Below are positions 30,578 through 39,229 of a stretch of DNA of 64,000 nucleotides, piece by piece. Under the pieces are notes generated by a model. That model was not told the origin of the DNA, made no database searches, and saw only the letters and a program-made list of their open reading frames with translations. Position 1 is the first letter of the stretch; each line of letters begins with the position of its first letter. Position numbers and translations under genes: made by a program. Source of the stretch: an uncultured delta proteobacterium (GTDB lineage Bacteria; Myxococcota_A; UBA9160; SZUA-336); the NCBI GenBank assembly GCA_963704165.1, contig CAVPHD010000001.1:160001-224000 (forward strand). The letters are read 5' to 3'.

Positions 30578-31927
30578 ATGCGACGATCACAATGGGTGTT
30601 TTCGTTTGCGGTCCTGGTCGCGTTCGGCAGCGCGCCCGTCGCGTCTGCAGAGGTGGCCGCCGGAACGAAGATCACCTCCGCCAATGCGAATCTGGCGCAG
30701 GGCCTGATCCCGGACGAGTTGATTCCGTACGTGATAGACGGCAACGCCGACCTGAACATCACGGTGGCGGATGCCGGGAAGTACACACCGCACGCGGAGT
30801 ACGTGAAGGCCACGGTGGACAACGCGTGCAAGGCGAAGCTCGATGCGAAGGGCTTCCTGGCGAACTACGTCGCCGGTCAGCCGTTCCCGTACTCGGAATG
30901 GGCGAAAGAGGCGACCGGACACAAGTGTGATCTGACGCCGGACGATCCTCAGTTCGCACTGAAGCTGGCTTGGAACGTGAACTTCCGCTGGCAGGGTGGC
31001 TCGGGACTGAACCTGCCTCACTGGGGGTTCAGCAACATGCGCAACAACGGCAAGGAAGTCTGGCGCATCGCTCAGGGCGAATATCGCCGCACCTACTTCT
31101 CCCATCGTGCCGATCTCTTGCCCGCGACGACGAAGCTCGTCGAAGGCACCGACATCGAGTGGGCCGAGTTCTTCGACGTGAAGACCCCCTTCGATCTTCG
31201 CGGCACGATGTTCCTGCTGTACCGCTACGACGTCGAGAACAAGGAAGACGACACCTGGGCGTACATTCCGGCTCTACGCCGCGTGCGCCGCATCGCCGCC
31301 ACGCAGAAGTCGGACTCCCTGCTCGGCACCGAGTTCACGCTCGAGGACTTCTACATCTTCGCCGGCTACGTCTGGGATCATCAGTGGGAGTTCAAGGGCG
31401 AATCGACGAAGCTCGGCGTCATCAACTCCAAGCGGAACTGCTTCCCGAGCGTGATCCCCGGCTCGACCGCAACCGGTGGCGCGGTCAGCATGGTGCGACT
31501 GGGAACGGACGACGAGTGGTACACCTGCAAGTTCGCCCCGTACAACGCTCTCCCGTTCGCGGGCGAGACCTTCGAGAAGCGCACCGCGTTCCAGCTCGAC
31601 GACATCCCGCGGCAGAAGGGTCACCCCTACAGCCGCAAGATGATCTGGTACGACAAGGAAACGATGATGCCGTTCTACTCGATCATGTACGACCGCGCGG
31701 GCAAGCCGTACCGGATCATCGGCAGCGTCTTCAAGTGGAGCGAGGACAGCCCGGTGCCGGAGAACAAGGGCCGCAGGGCGGCGAACTACTCGCACATCAT
31801 GGTCGTCAACGTGCAGAACGGGAATTCGCACACCGGCCAGTTCGACAACGCGAACGCGATGGAGTTCGACGCCGGTGCGAGCCGCAGGTACTACGACACC
31901 ACGCGGTTGAAGACCCTGGGTCGGTAG
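30578..31927 (+). CDS. DUF1329-family periplasmic protein (LolA-like)
   Basis: Signal peptide. GTKITSAN, GQPFP, AWN, PFDLRG, WAYIPALRRVRR, HPYSRK, YDRAGK. GGAGG RBS. Confidence 0.88.
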   Translation: MRRSQWVFSFAVLVAFGSAPVASAEVAAGTKITSANANLAQGLIPDELIPYVIDGNADLNITVADAGKYTPHAEYVKATVDNACKAKLDAKGFLANYVAGQPFPYSEWAKEATGHKCDLTPDDPQFALKLAWNVNFRWQGGSGLNLPHWGFSNMRNNGKEVWRIAQGEYRRTYFSHRADLLPATTKLVEGTDIEWAEFFDVKTPFDLRGTMFLLYRYDVENKEDDTWAYIPALRRVRRIAATQKSDSLLGTEFTLEDFYIFAGYVWDHQWEFKGESTKLGVINSKRNCFPSVIPGSTATGGAVSMVRLGTDDEWYTCKFAPYNALPFAGETFEKRTAFQLDDIPRQKGHPYSRKMIWYDKETMMPFYSIMYDRAGKPYRIIGSVFKWSEDSPVPENKGRRAANYSHIMVVNVQNGNSHTGQFDNANAMEFDAGASRRYYDTTRLKTLGR

Positions 31928-31954
31928 AGGCCGGACGACCGACTCCGCTCATTC

Positions 31955-31988
31955 GCGGCCCGCTGCGACTCCGGTTGCAGCGGGCCGC
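31955..31988. terminator. Strong hairpin between convergent DUF1329 and VWA genes
   Basis: GCGGCCCGCTGCGAC-TCCG-GTTGCAGCGGGCCGC, a 15-bp stem with one G-T pair. Confidence 0.7.
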
Positions 31989-31990
31989 TG

Positions 31991-33223
31991 CTATTTCGGG
32001 GCAGGAGTCTGCTTCTCGACGTCGATGCGGAGCTCGCGCTGGCGTTGGCGGCGGAGCTCACGCGCGCGTCGGATCTCGCCGGCGAGCTCTACCTCGACCG
32101 AGCGCGCGCGCAGAAGTTCGCGCAGGCGCGAAACCTCGAGCTCGATCTCGCGTTGCTGTCCCGAGGCCGGCTCGTAGAAGACGACTCGTTCCGCGACCTG
32201 ACGCCCGCCACCGACCCCGATCGCGGTCACCGTCACCAGGTTTCGACCGACGACGAGCGGAACGAAGCCGTCGAAGCTGCCGTCGGCGAGCAGGCGGATC
32301 GCGCGACCGGGCTGACGGGTCGTCTGGTTCTCGAACTCGACCTCCGCGACTTCGGAGAGCTCCACGGCGGGTAGATGGAAGAGCACCTCGCCGGGTCGTT
32401 CGATCTCGGTGAGCGATCCGTTCGAGACGCGCGACATCAGATCGAGCACGTCCCGACCGCGCACGGCTTCGGGACCGAGCGCGAAGCTGTGGATGTGCAT
32501 GTCGGTCTCGCCCGCCGAGCGCGCGGCCGCGATCGCGGCCCGACCGGGGTTCGGTTCGGGCGGCGGCAGGGTCGGGTAGCCATCGGACAGGAACAAGATG
32601 CTGCGCTTCCGGCCGGCCTTGCCGTCGTCCGGCGCGTCGAGCAGCGCCTGGCGTGCGACCGTCAGGGCGGCGGCGTAGTTCGTGCCGCCGTACCAGCCGT
32701 GGCGCAGGTCGAGCGTGTCGAGCGCCGCGTCGACCTGTGCACGCGTCGCGACGAGCGGAGCGACGAGCTCCGCCCGATCGCCGAATGCGATCAACGCCAC
32801 GCGCGTTCGCTCCGGATTGAGCAGTTTCAACAATCGGCGCACGGCCGCGAGTTCAGCCGCTGCGATCGTGTCGCCGGGGTCGTCGCAGAGAAGCTCGGGG
32901 GATGCGGAGCCCCAGTAGTCCTCGCGAATCTCGGGGCTCGACTTCCCGACCACTCCGTTCTCGTTCACATCGACGCCCGATCGCAGGCGGGTGCTGGCGG
33001 AGAGGTCGATCACGACCGCGACATCGTGGTAGTGCAGGCGCCCGGCGCCGGTCGAACCATCGACCTCGATCATCGCGAGCGGAAGCCGCTGCACGATTCC
33101 GTCGCCGGGTTTGCGCAGATCGATCCAGACCTGCTCATCGCCGGAGGCGTCCGTCTGCGCGCCCGCATCGGCGGCCGCGACCGCTCCGAGTACGAGCACC
33201 ACGCCTACGAGTCGCATCACCAC
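31991..33223 (-). CDS. Secreted von Willebrand factor A (VWA) domain protein
   Basis: Signal peptide. MIDAS DLSAS, VALIAF, GGTN, LFLSDG, IHSFALG. Charged coiled-coil C-terminus. Confidence 0.85.
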   Translation of the reverse strand: MVMRLVGVVLVLGAVAAADAGAQTDASGDEQVWIDLRKPGDGIVQRLPLAMIEVDGSTGAGRLHYHDVAVVIDLSASTRLRSGVDVNENGVVGKSSPEIREDYWGSASPELLCDDPGDTIAAAELAAVRRLLKLLNPERTRVALIAFGDRAELVAPLVATRAQVDAALDTLDLRHGWYGGTNYAAALTVARQALLDAPDDGKAGRKRSILFLSDGYPTLPPPEPNPGRAAIAAARSAGETDMHIHSFALGPEAVRGRDVLDLMSRVSNGSLTEIERPGEVLFHLPAVELSEVAEVEFENQTTRQPGRAIRLLADGSFDGFVPLVVGRNLVTVTAIGVGGGRQVAERVVFYEPASGQQREIELEVSRLRELLRARSVEVELAGEIRRARELRRQRQRELRIDVEKQTPAPK

Positions 33224-33274
33224 GATCGGGAGATTCCTCGCGTTCCTTGGGAGTCGCGTACTATACGCAACGCG

Positions 33275-34072
33275 ATGCTCGGACCCAGTCTCGGACGCCT
33301 CGTCGTTGCTTTGATTCTACTCGTGCCGTCGCTCGCGTTCGCGCAAGCCGATGCGGATCCGCTGGCCGAGGCGCGGGCCTGCGCGCGCCGCAACCTGCCG
33401 ACGACGACGCTGGAGCTGCGTGCGACCTTCACGAAGGTCGATCGAGTCGGCGGCGAACGCACGAGCCGCGCGAAGGTGATCGGAAAGAAGCTCGACGACG
33501 GGCTTCAGCGAGCGGTGCTCCGCTTCGATCGGCCCAACGACATCCGCGGCACCGCCATGCTGATGATCGAGAATCCGAGCGGACCGAGCGAGTTCTACGT
33601 CTACACGCCGGCACAGAAGCGAGTGCGGCGGATCTCGGGGCGTAGCTCCGGGGGTCTGTTCGGTACCGACTTTTCCTACGACGACTTCGAGAACTGGCGC
33701 GGATTCTCCGAACGCAGCAAGACCGAACGCCTGCCCGACGCCGTCGAAGCCGAGCGAACGGTGTACGTGCTCGCGGGCGAGCCGCCGCCCGAGGACGAAT
33801 CGAGCTACGAGCGAGTCGTCAGCTACGTCGATCGCGAGACCTGCGTCGTGATCCGCATCGACTCCTACGAACCGGGCGGGAAGCTGCGCAAGGTCCTGCG
33901 CGCGGATCCGGCGTCGGTCGAGAGAAGCGGAGTCATCTCGATCGCGCGCGCGATCGAACTCGAGGACGTGCTCGACGGCACCCACACGAAGGTCGCGATC
34001 GAGTCGATCACGATCGACGGCGACCTTCCCGACCGGATGTTCCGGCAGACCGACCTCGCCTCCGGCAGGTAG
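33275..34072 (+). CDS. Outer-membrane lipoprotein-sorting (LolA-like) protein
   Basis: Signal peptide. RFDRPNDIRGTAML, VYTPAQKRVRRI, LFGTDFSYDD, YERVVSYVD. Confidence 0.85.
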   Translation: MLGPSLGRLVVALILLVPSLAFAQADADPLAEARACARRNLPTTTLELRATFTKVDRVGGERTSRAKVIGKKLDDGLQRAVLRFDRPNDIRGTAMLMIENPSGPSEFYVYTPAQKRVRRISGRSSGGLFGTDFSYDDFENWRGFSERSKTERLPDAVEAERTVYVLAGEPPPEDESSYERVVSYVDRETCVVIRIDSYEPGGKLRKVLRADPASVERSGVISIARAIELEDVLDGTHTKVAIESITIDGDLPDRMFRQTDLASGR

Positions 34073-34081
34073 GCAGACCCG

Positions 34082-34819
34082 CTAGCGCCGGACGTTCGCG
34101 GTGTTCGCGTCGTCGAAGTGGAAGGCGACGAGGTTCTGCTCGACCGATGTCCAGAACCACTGGGCGTTGTTCCGCGAGACGCTGCGAATCAGGCCGACGC
34201 CGCGCGCGTAGTAGTCCTCGTAGCTGTGCAGGGGTCGGTGCATGTCCCACTCCAGATCCCACTGCTGACTGCGAACGACGATCACGTCGTCGAAGCTGCC
34301 CGCCGGGACGCTCACCCGGCCGGCGGATTCGACCTCGGCCGTCCAGGCCTGACCGGCGCTCCCGGATTCGCGGAAGATCTCGGTGCGGTCGCTCCAGCTC
34401 TGACCCGGCGAGGGATCGACGGGCAGGAACGACATGCCCTCGCCACCGAAGATGCGAACCTGACCGTCCGCCTCGAGCGAGACGGCAGCGATGCGCGTCA
34501 GGTACCCGTCGGCGACGCGATAGCCCACGAGCCCTTCGGGCTCGAGTCCGTAGATCCGCCCGGAGAGCTGCTCCTCCATCAAAAAGAGCCGCTCGTCCGA
34601 GCCGCGAATCACGTGTTCGCCGCGCGCGGTCACGTCGAGCCGCGTGCTTCGCGAGAAGAAGCCTGCGCGAAGCTCGTATCGCCAGTGCCCACCGTTCTCG
34701 AGCGGGAAGTACTCTCGCGACGCCGCACCGGATGCGCGCTCCGGCGCGTCGCTCGCGCAGCCCGTGGAGCCGAGCCACGCGAACACCAGCACGGACAACG
34801 CGACTCCTCGACCCGTCAT
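34082..34819 (-). CDS. Hypothetical lipoprotein, paralog of 25235-25987
   Basis: Lipobox-like STGC. EYFPLENGGHWRY, VSVPAGSFDDV, YYARGVGL. Confidence 0.75.
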   Translation of the reverse strand: MTGRGVALSVLVFAWLGSTGCASDAPERASGAASREYFPLENGGHWRYELRAGFFSRSTRLDVTARGEHVIRGSDERLFLMEEQLSGRIYGLEPEGLVGYRVADGYLTRIAAVSLEADGQVRIFGGEGMSFLPVDPSPGQSWSDRTEIFRESGSAGQAWTAEVESAGRVSVPAGSFDDVIVVRSQQWDLEWDMHRPLHSYEDYYARGVGLIRSVSRNNAQWFWTSVEQNLVAFHFDDANTANVRR

Positions 34820-34872
34820 CGGCGCTGATGATAGCGCCTTGCCCCGACCCGAGCGCGTGTCACCCTGTGCGG

Positions 34873-35085
34873 ATGCTCCTTCGATTCATTCTCACGACGT
34901 TCGTCGTGATCGCATGCGGCTGCGCCTCGCCCGCGGACATGGCCAAGGCCAAGCTCGGAAGCGGGAAGTGTGCGGACCGGGCCGAGCAACGCTGCGAGGA
35001 GGACCTCGCCAGCTCCGATCGCCTCGCCTGCCTGAAGCGCGAGATCTACTTGTGCGAAGAGCTCGAGAAGACGAAGTCGCCCTGA
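34873..35085 (+). CDS. Small Cys-rich lipoprotein (Cx7Cx11Cx7C)
   Basis: MLLRFILTTFVVIACGC leader, then CADRAEQRCEEDLASSDRLACLKREIYLC. Confidence 0.7.
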   Translation: MLLRFILTTFVVIACGCASPADMAKAKLGSGKCADRAEQRCEEDLASSDRLACLKREIYLCEELEKTKSP

Positions 35086-35100
35086 GCTCGCGAGCCGCGA

Positions 35101-35328
35101 TCACGGCCGCGGCGTCTCGTCCTGCTGCTCGAGCAGCTCGCAGCGGTACGTCTCGCGCTTGACGCAGGTCGCGAGGTCCGCGGAACCGAGGTTCTCCTTG
35201 CAGAACGCCTCGGCGTGGCGCGAGCACGGCGTCTCGGGCTCCTTCGCGAGCGGCGTGAAGTCCCCACCGCGGAACGAGCAACCCGCGCTGAGCGCCACGA
35301 TGACGAGGGCGTTCGAGATCCTGATCAC
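35101..35328 (-). CDS. Small Cys-rich lipoprotein (Cx7Cx11Cx7C), paralog of 34873-35085
   Basis: Lipobox SAGC, then CSRHAEAFCKENLGSADLATCVKRETYRC. GTG start overlaps the YihY stop. Confidence 0.7.
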   Translation of the reverse strand: MIRISNALVIVALSAGCSFRGGDFTPLAKEPETPCSRHAEAFCKENLGSADLATCVKRETYRCELLEQQDETPRP

Positions 35329-36179
35329 TCCGCGAGCCTCCGTGAGCCGTACCTGCGCGAATAGACCTCGGTGAACTCCGCCCCGAGAAACAGGAGCTGC
35401 GCCGAATAGTAGACCCAGAGCAGAACCAGAACGAGCGAGCCCGCGGCGCCGTACACGGAGGTCACGCCCGTGCGTCTGAGGTAGATCCCGAGCAACGACT
35501 TCCCGATCGTGAACAGAAGCGCGGTGATCGTTGCACCGAGCCAGACGTCTCGAAATCCGATGCGCGCGTCGGGCAGGAACTTGAAGATCATCGCGAACAG
35601 CGCCACGACGATCGCGAACGAGACCGCGACGTTGATGCTCGAGACGAGCATGGACGGGACGGTGAAATGCTCTTCGATCACGCCCTCGAGAGCGGATATC
35701 GATGCCGAGAACGCGAGCGAGGCGAACAAGAGCAGCCCGATCGAGAGAACCATCGAGAAGCTCACGGCCCGCCGCCGGAGTTGCCTCACCCACCCGCTCC
35801 GCTCGACGAGATCCGCCTTCCAGATGCGATTCAATGCCCGCTGAAGCTGACCGAACGCGCCCGATGCACCGAAGAACATCGTCACGAGGCTGATCACCGT
35901 GGCGACCACGCCCGACCTCGGCTCGCTCGCACGCTCGATCATGGTCTCGATCAGGTCGGCGCCGGACTTTCCGATCGTGCTCTCGATCTGGCCGACGATC
36001 TCTCCTTGCGCCGCGGCGCGGCCGAAGACCAGTCCTGCGATCGCGATCGCGAGCACGAACAGCGGCGCCATCGCGAAGGTCGTGTAGTAGGCGAGCGCAG
36101 CACCGAGCGTCATTGCGTCGTCGCTCGACCATTTCTGCGCGACCTCGCGGAAGAACGGGCCGATCGAGGAGAGCTTCAT
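35325..36179 (-). CDS. YihY/virulence factor BrkB family membrane protein
   Basis: GAALAYYTTFAMAP, LQRALNRIW, FKFLPD, YGAAGSLVLVLLWVYYSAQLLFLGAEF. Confidence 0.92.
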   Translation of the reverse strand: MKLSSIGPFFREVAQKWSSDDAMTLGAALAYYTTFAMAPLFVLAIAIAGLVFGRAAAQGEIVGQIESTIGKSGADLIETMIERASEPRSGVVATVISLVTMFFGASGAFGQLQRALNRIWKADLVERSGWVRQLRRRAVSFSMVLSIGLLLFASLAFSASISALEGVIEEHFTVPSMLVSSINVAVSFAIVVALFAMIFKFLPDARIGFRDVWLGATITALLFTIGKSLLGIYLRRTGVTSVYGAAGSLVLVLLWVYYSAQLLFLGAEFTEVYSRRYGSRRLAE

Positions 36180-36183
36180 CGGG

Positions 36184-37690
36184 TCACCAGTAGCGCCGCC
36201 TGCGCCGACGTGTACCGAGAAGCGCGCCGAGCAAGCCGCGCGTGAGCGCGTTCGCGACGGTGCGCGCGAGTGGAGAGTTGAGGATCTCGGACAGGGAAGT
36301 CCCCTCCCCCGGCCTCTCGTCTCGGGACTCCGAGCTCTCGCCGTCCCGGGAAGGAACGGGCCGGCTCAGCTTCTCGTGCGCACTCTCGCGATCGATCGCC
36401 TGCCGGTACTTCTTCACCTGGGGCGTCGCGAACAGCGCGTGCCGCTCCGCGTCGGAGAGCAGGCCCATTCGCGATGCGGGCGGAATCAACCGGGTCGCGA
36501 ACGGCTGCGTGGGTGCACCGTTCGCAGCGAGCGCGCTGATCAGCGCCTCGCCGGTGCCGAGCGTCGTGAGCGTCTCCTCGATGTCGTAGAACGCGGTCTT
36601 CGGAAACGTCCGCGCGGCCGCGCGCAGGGCCTTGTCGTCGTCCGGCGTGAACGCGCGAAGTGCGTGCTGCACGCGCGTACCGAGCTGTCCGAGTATCTCC
36701 GGCGGGAACGTCCTTCGGATTCTGGGTGACGAAGAAGATGCCCACGCCCTTGGAGCGGATCAGCCGCACGACCTGCCCGACCTGGTCGAGGAAGGCCGGA
36801 CTCGCGTTGCGAAAGAGCAGGTGCGCCTCGTCGAAGAAGAACACGAGCCTGGGCTTGGGCGGATCGCCGAGCTCGGGCAGCTCGGCGAAGAGCTGCGCGA
36901 GCAGCCACATCATGAAGGTCGAGAACAGCGCCGGCTTGTCCTGTACGTCCTCGAGGGCGAGGATGCTCACCACACCTCTTCCGTCCGGCACGACTCGCAA
37001 GAGATCGTCGAGATCGAGCTCCGGCTCGCCGAAGAACGCGAGCGCGCCCTGCTGCTCGAGCTCGACCATCTCGCGCAGCAACACGCCCACCGTCGCCTTC
37101 GACATGCCACCGAGCGCGGCGAGCTCGCCGGCCCCGGCACCCGACAGATGCTGCAGGACCGTGCGCAGGTCCGCGAAGTCGAGAAGCTCGAGTCCGCGGT
37201 CGTCGCAGTACTTGAAGACGAGCGAGAGCACGCTCGTTTGCGTCTGGTTCAGGTCGAGAACCTTCGCGAGCAGGAGCGGACCGAACGACGAGACCGTCGC
37301 GCGGATCTGCGCGCCCAGGCCACCGGTCAGGCTGAAGAACTCCACCGGACAGGCCCGCGCCTGCCAGTCGAAGCCGGTCTCTCTCGCGCGCGCGGTCACC
37401 CGCTCGCTCGCTTCCCCCGGCGCGGCGATCCCCGCGAGATCCCCCTTGAGATCGGCGAGGAAGACGGGCACGCCCGAACGCGAGAGCTGCTCCGCCATCA
37501 GCTGCAGTGTCTTCGTCTTGCCCGTACCCGTCGCGCCGGCGACGAGTCCGTGTCGGTTCAGGATCGAGAGTGGAACGCGCACGAGCGGTTCGGGGTGGGC
37601 CTGGCGTCCGTCGAGCAGCGCACCGAGCACGATCGAGTCCGCCGCATCGGGGAAGCTCGTGCGCGCAGCGTCGATCAGCTTCGGGTCCAT
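36184..37690 (-). CDS. HerA-like ATPase, DUF853/YjgR family (one frameshift near 36705)
   Basis: NRHGLVAGATGTGKT, DLKGDL, FFDEAHLLF, RSKGVGIFFVTQNP. The conserved QHALRAFTP...LGTGEAL continues in a shifted frame after a CCC run. Confidence 0.88.
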
Positions 37691-37717
37691 CGCGAGTCCT
37701 TCCGGATCTAACGCCGA

Positions 37718-38248
37718 TTATATGGGTCGCTGATCCGCGAGTAGATCGATCGCGGCACGCCGGACGCAATCCTCGAACGAGGCGAGCGAGCGGAGCGGAT
37801 CATCCGGTTTCGACTCCGCTCGCACCACGGATGCGATCGGCCCTTCGATCATCAGATTGTCGCAGAGGCCGAACTCCTCGAGCAGGAGCCCGTCGGGTCG
37901 GACGCGGCGCGCGTAGTCGCGCGGATCGTTGCTGTAGCCGAACACGCGTTTGCCTCTGCCGTGCAGATAGCCGACCTCGAAGGCGGTTCCGACGTCCGCG
38001 CTCGGCCCGCGAAACGGCGTGAGATTCGCGATGCCCGCGTCGCATTCGTCCATGAGGCGGATCATTGCCGCGAAGAGGTGCATGGCCTGCGCTCGCGGCT
38101 CGAGTCCATCGGGCAGGGTCGCGACGTCGAGGGGGTGGTGACCGGCGAGACCATGCGCGCGGCAGATCACCTTCTTACGCTCGGCCAGAGCGCGCGCATC
38201 GGGCAGGAACACGTCCGGGCCGGCGAGATAGACGCGCGGGGATCGCAT
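37718..38248 (-). CDS. Nucleoside 2-deoxyribosyltransferase family protein
   Basis: VYLAGPDVF, CDAGIANLTPFRGPSADVGTAFEVGY, DNLMI. Confidence 0.88.
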   Translation of the reverse strand: MRSPRVYLAGPDVFLPDARALAERKKVICRAHGLAGHHPLDVATLPDGLEPRAQAMHLFAAMIRLMDECDAGIANLTPFRGPSADVGTAFEVGYLHGRGKRVFGYSNDPRDYARRVRPDGLLLEEFGLCDNLMIEGPIASVVRAESKPDDPLRSLASFEDCVRRAAIDLLADQRPI

Positions 38249-38304
38249 CCTCCCATCATATCCGCACCGATCCGGGCCAGGATACGCGCCGAATAGATCC
38301 GGAA

Positions 38305-38664
38305 ATGCAGGTCGAGCGCTACTCGAGCGGCTGCGGCGCCGTCGTGACCGGGATCGATCTCGCCTGGTTCCCGGACGCGGAGCTGCCCGAGCTTCAACGC
38401 TCGGGACGCTGCGTGCGAAGCACTCCAATCGCCACCTGTACGGAGCGAGCGGTTGCTACCGCAAGACGGATCTCGCATCTCAGCTGAAGGGTGACGAAGG
38501 CGTTGGTGACGCGTCCGGAGTTCACCTGTCGCTTCCGCTGGTCACCGGGCTCCATCGCGTTCTCGGACGATTGCTGTACCTGGCACTTCGCCGTCAACGA
38601 CGACCACGGCAGCCGCCGCCTCATGCACCGGATCACCCTGGCGGGAACGGCCCTGTCCGGCTGA
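38305..38664 (+). pseudogene. TauD/TfdA dioxygenase remnant with large internal deletion
   Basis: N-terminus MQVERYSSGCGAVVTGIDL. C-terminus RPEFTCRFRWSPGSIAFSDDCCTWHFAVNDDHGSRRLMHRITLAG. Only 360 nt in total, with an in-frame stop at 38487 and WDNR degraded to SDDC. Confidence 0.78.
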
Positions 38665-39229
38665 GATCTCCGACCATCGCGGCTGCGATCGGCACCTTCG
38701 CGCTTCCGAACGGTCCCGGGAATCCCGTGAGCGTGCGCGTCGCGGGGCTCGCGTAGAACATCAATACGGCGAGCGACTTCACGCCCTTGAAGACGTCGCG
38801 GAACAGGTCGATGCGCGAGCGCATCAACGCGTCGAGCACGTGGTCCTGGGAGCTTCCGTCGAGCGACGTGAAGGGCCGGAGCTTCGGCACGAGCGGCCAC
38901 GGCGCCCATTCGAGTACGGCCAGGGCCGCGGCGAGCGTTGCGGCGATCGAGGGATTGCGCGAAGCGAAGTCGTCCGCCGCGCGCGCCGGATCGACCTCGC
39001 GCGCGCGGATCAGCTCCGCACCGCGCGGTCCGACGATTCGTGAGGCGGCGGCATTGAACGTGGCGTATGCGCGCGGGGTGAAGACGAGAAGACCCGGAGT
39101 CGGATCGGTCGCACCCGCGCAGGCGACGGGCAGGATTCCGAGCGCGGCCGCCGTTCCGGCCAGACGCAGGAATGCGCGCCGATCGAGGGTCGCGAGATCG
39201 CGAACGACCGCACGCTCGGCCGGAGTCAT
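38633..39229 (-). CDS. Tat-signal small subunit (gluconate 2-dehydrogenase subunit 3-like) partnering the GMC oxidoreductase
   Basis: LDRRAFLRLAG Tat motif, RPFTSLD, LMFYA...GFPGP. ATGA-coupled to the GMC gene. Confidence 0.72.
   Translation of the reverse strand: MTPAERAVVRDLATLDRRAFLRLAGTAAALGILPVACAGATDPTPGLLVFTPRAYATFNAAASRIVGPRGAELIRAREVDPARAADDFASRNPSIAATLAAALAVLEWAPWPLVPKLRPFTSLDGSSQDHVLDALMRSRIDLFRDVFKGVKSLAVLMFYASPATRTLTGFPGPFGSAKVPIAAAMVGDLSRTGPFPPG

Noticed and set aside
36176..36705. Alternative C-terminus of the DUF853 ORF ending in an ATGA overlap with yihY
   Set aside because: The conserved family sequence (QHALRAFTP, GEAL) is in the other frame, so a single extra C in a CCC run is the simpler explanation.
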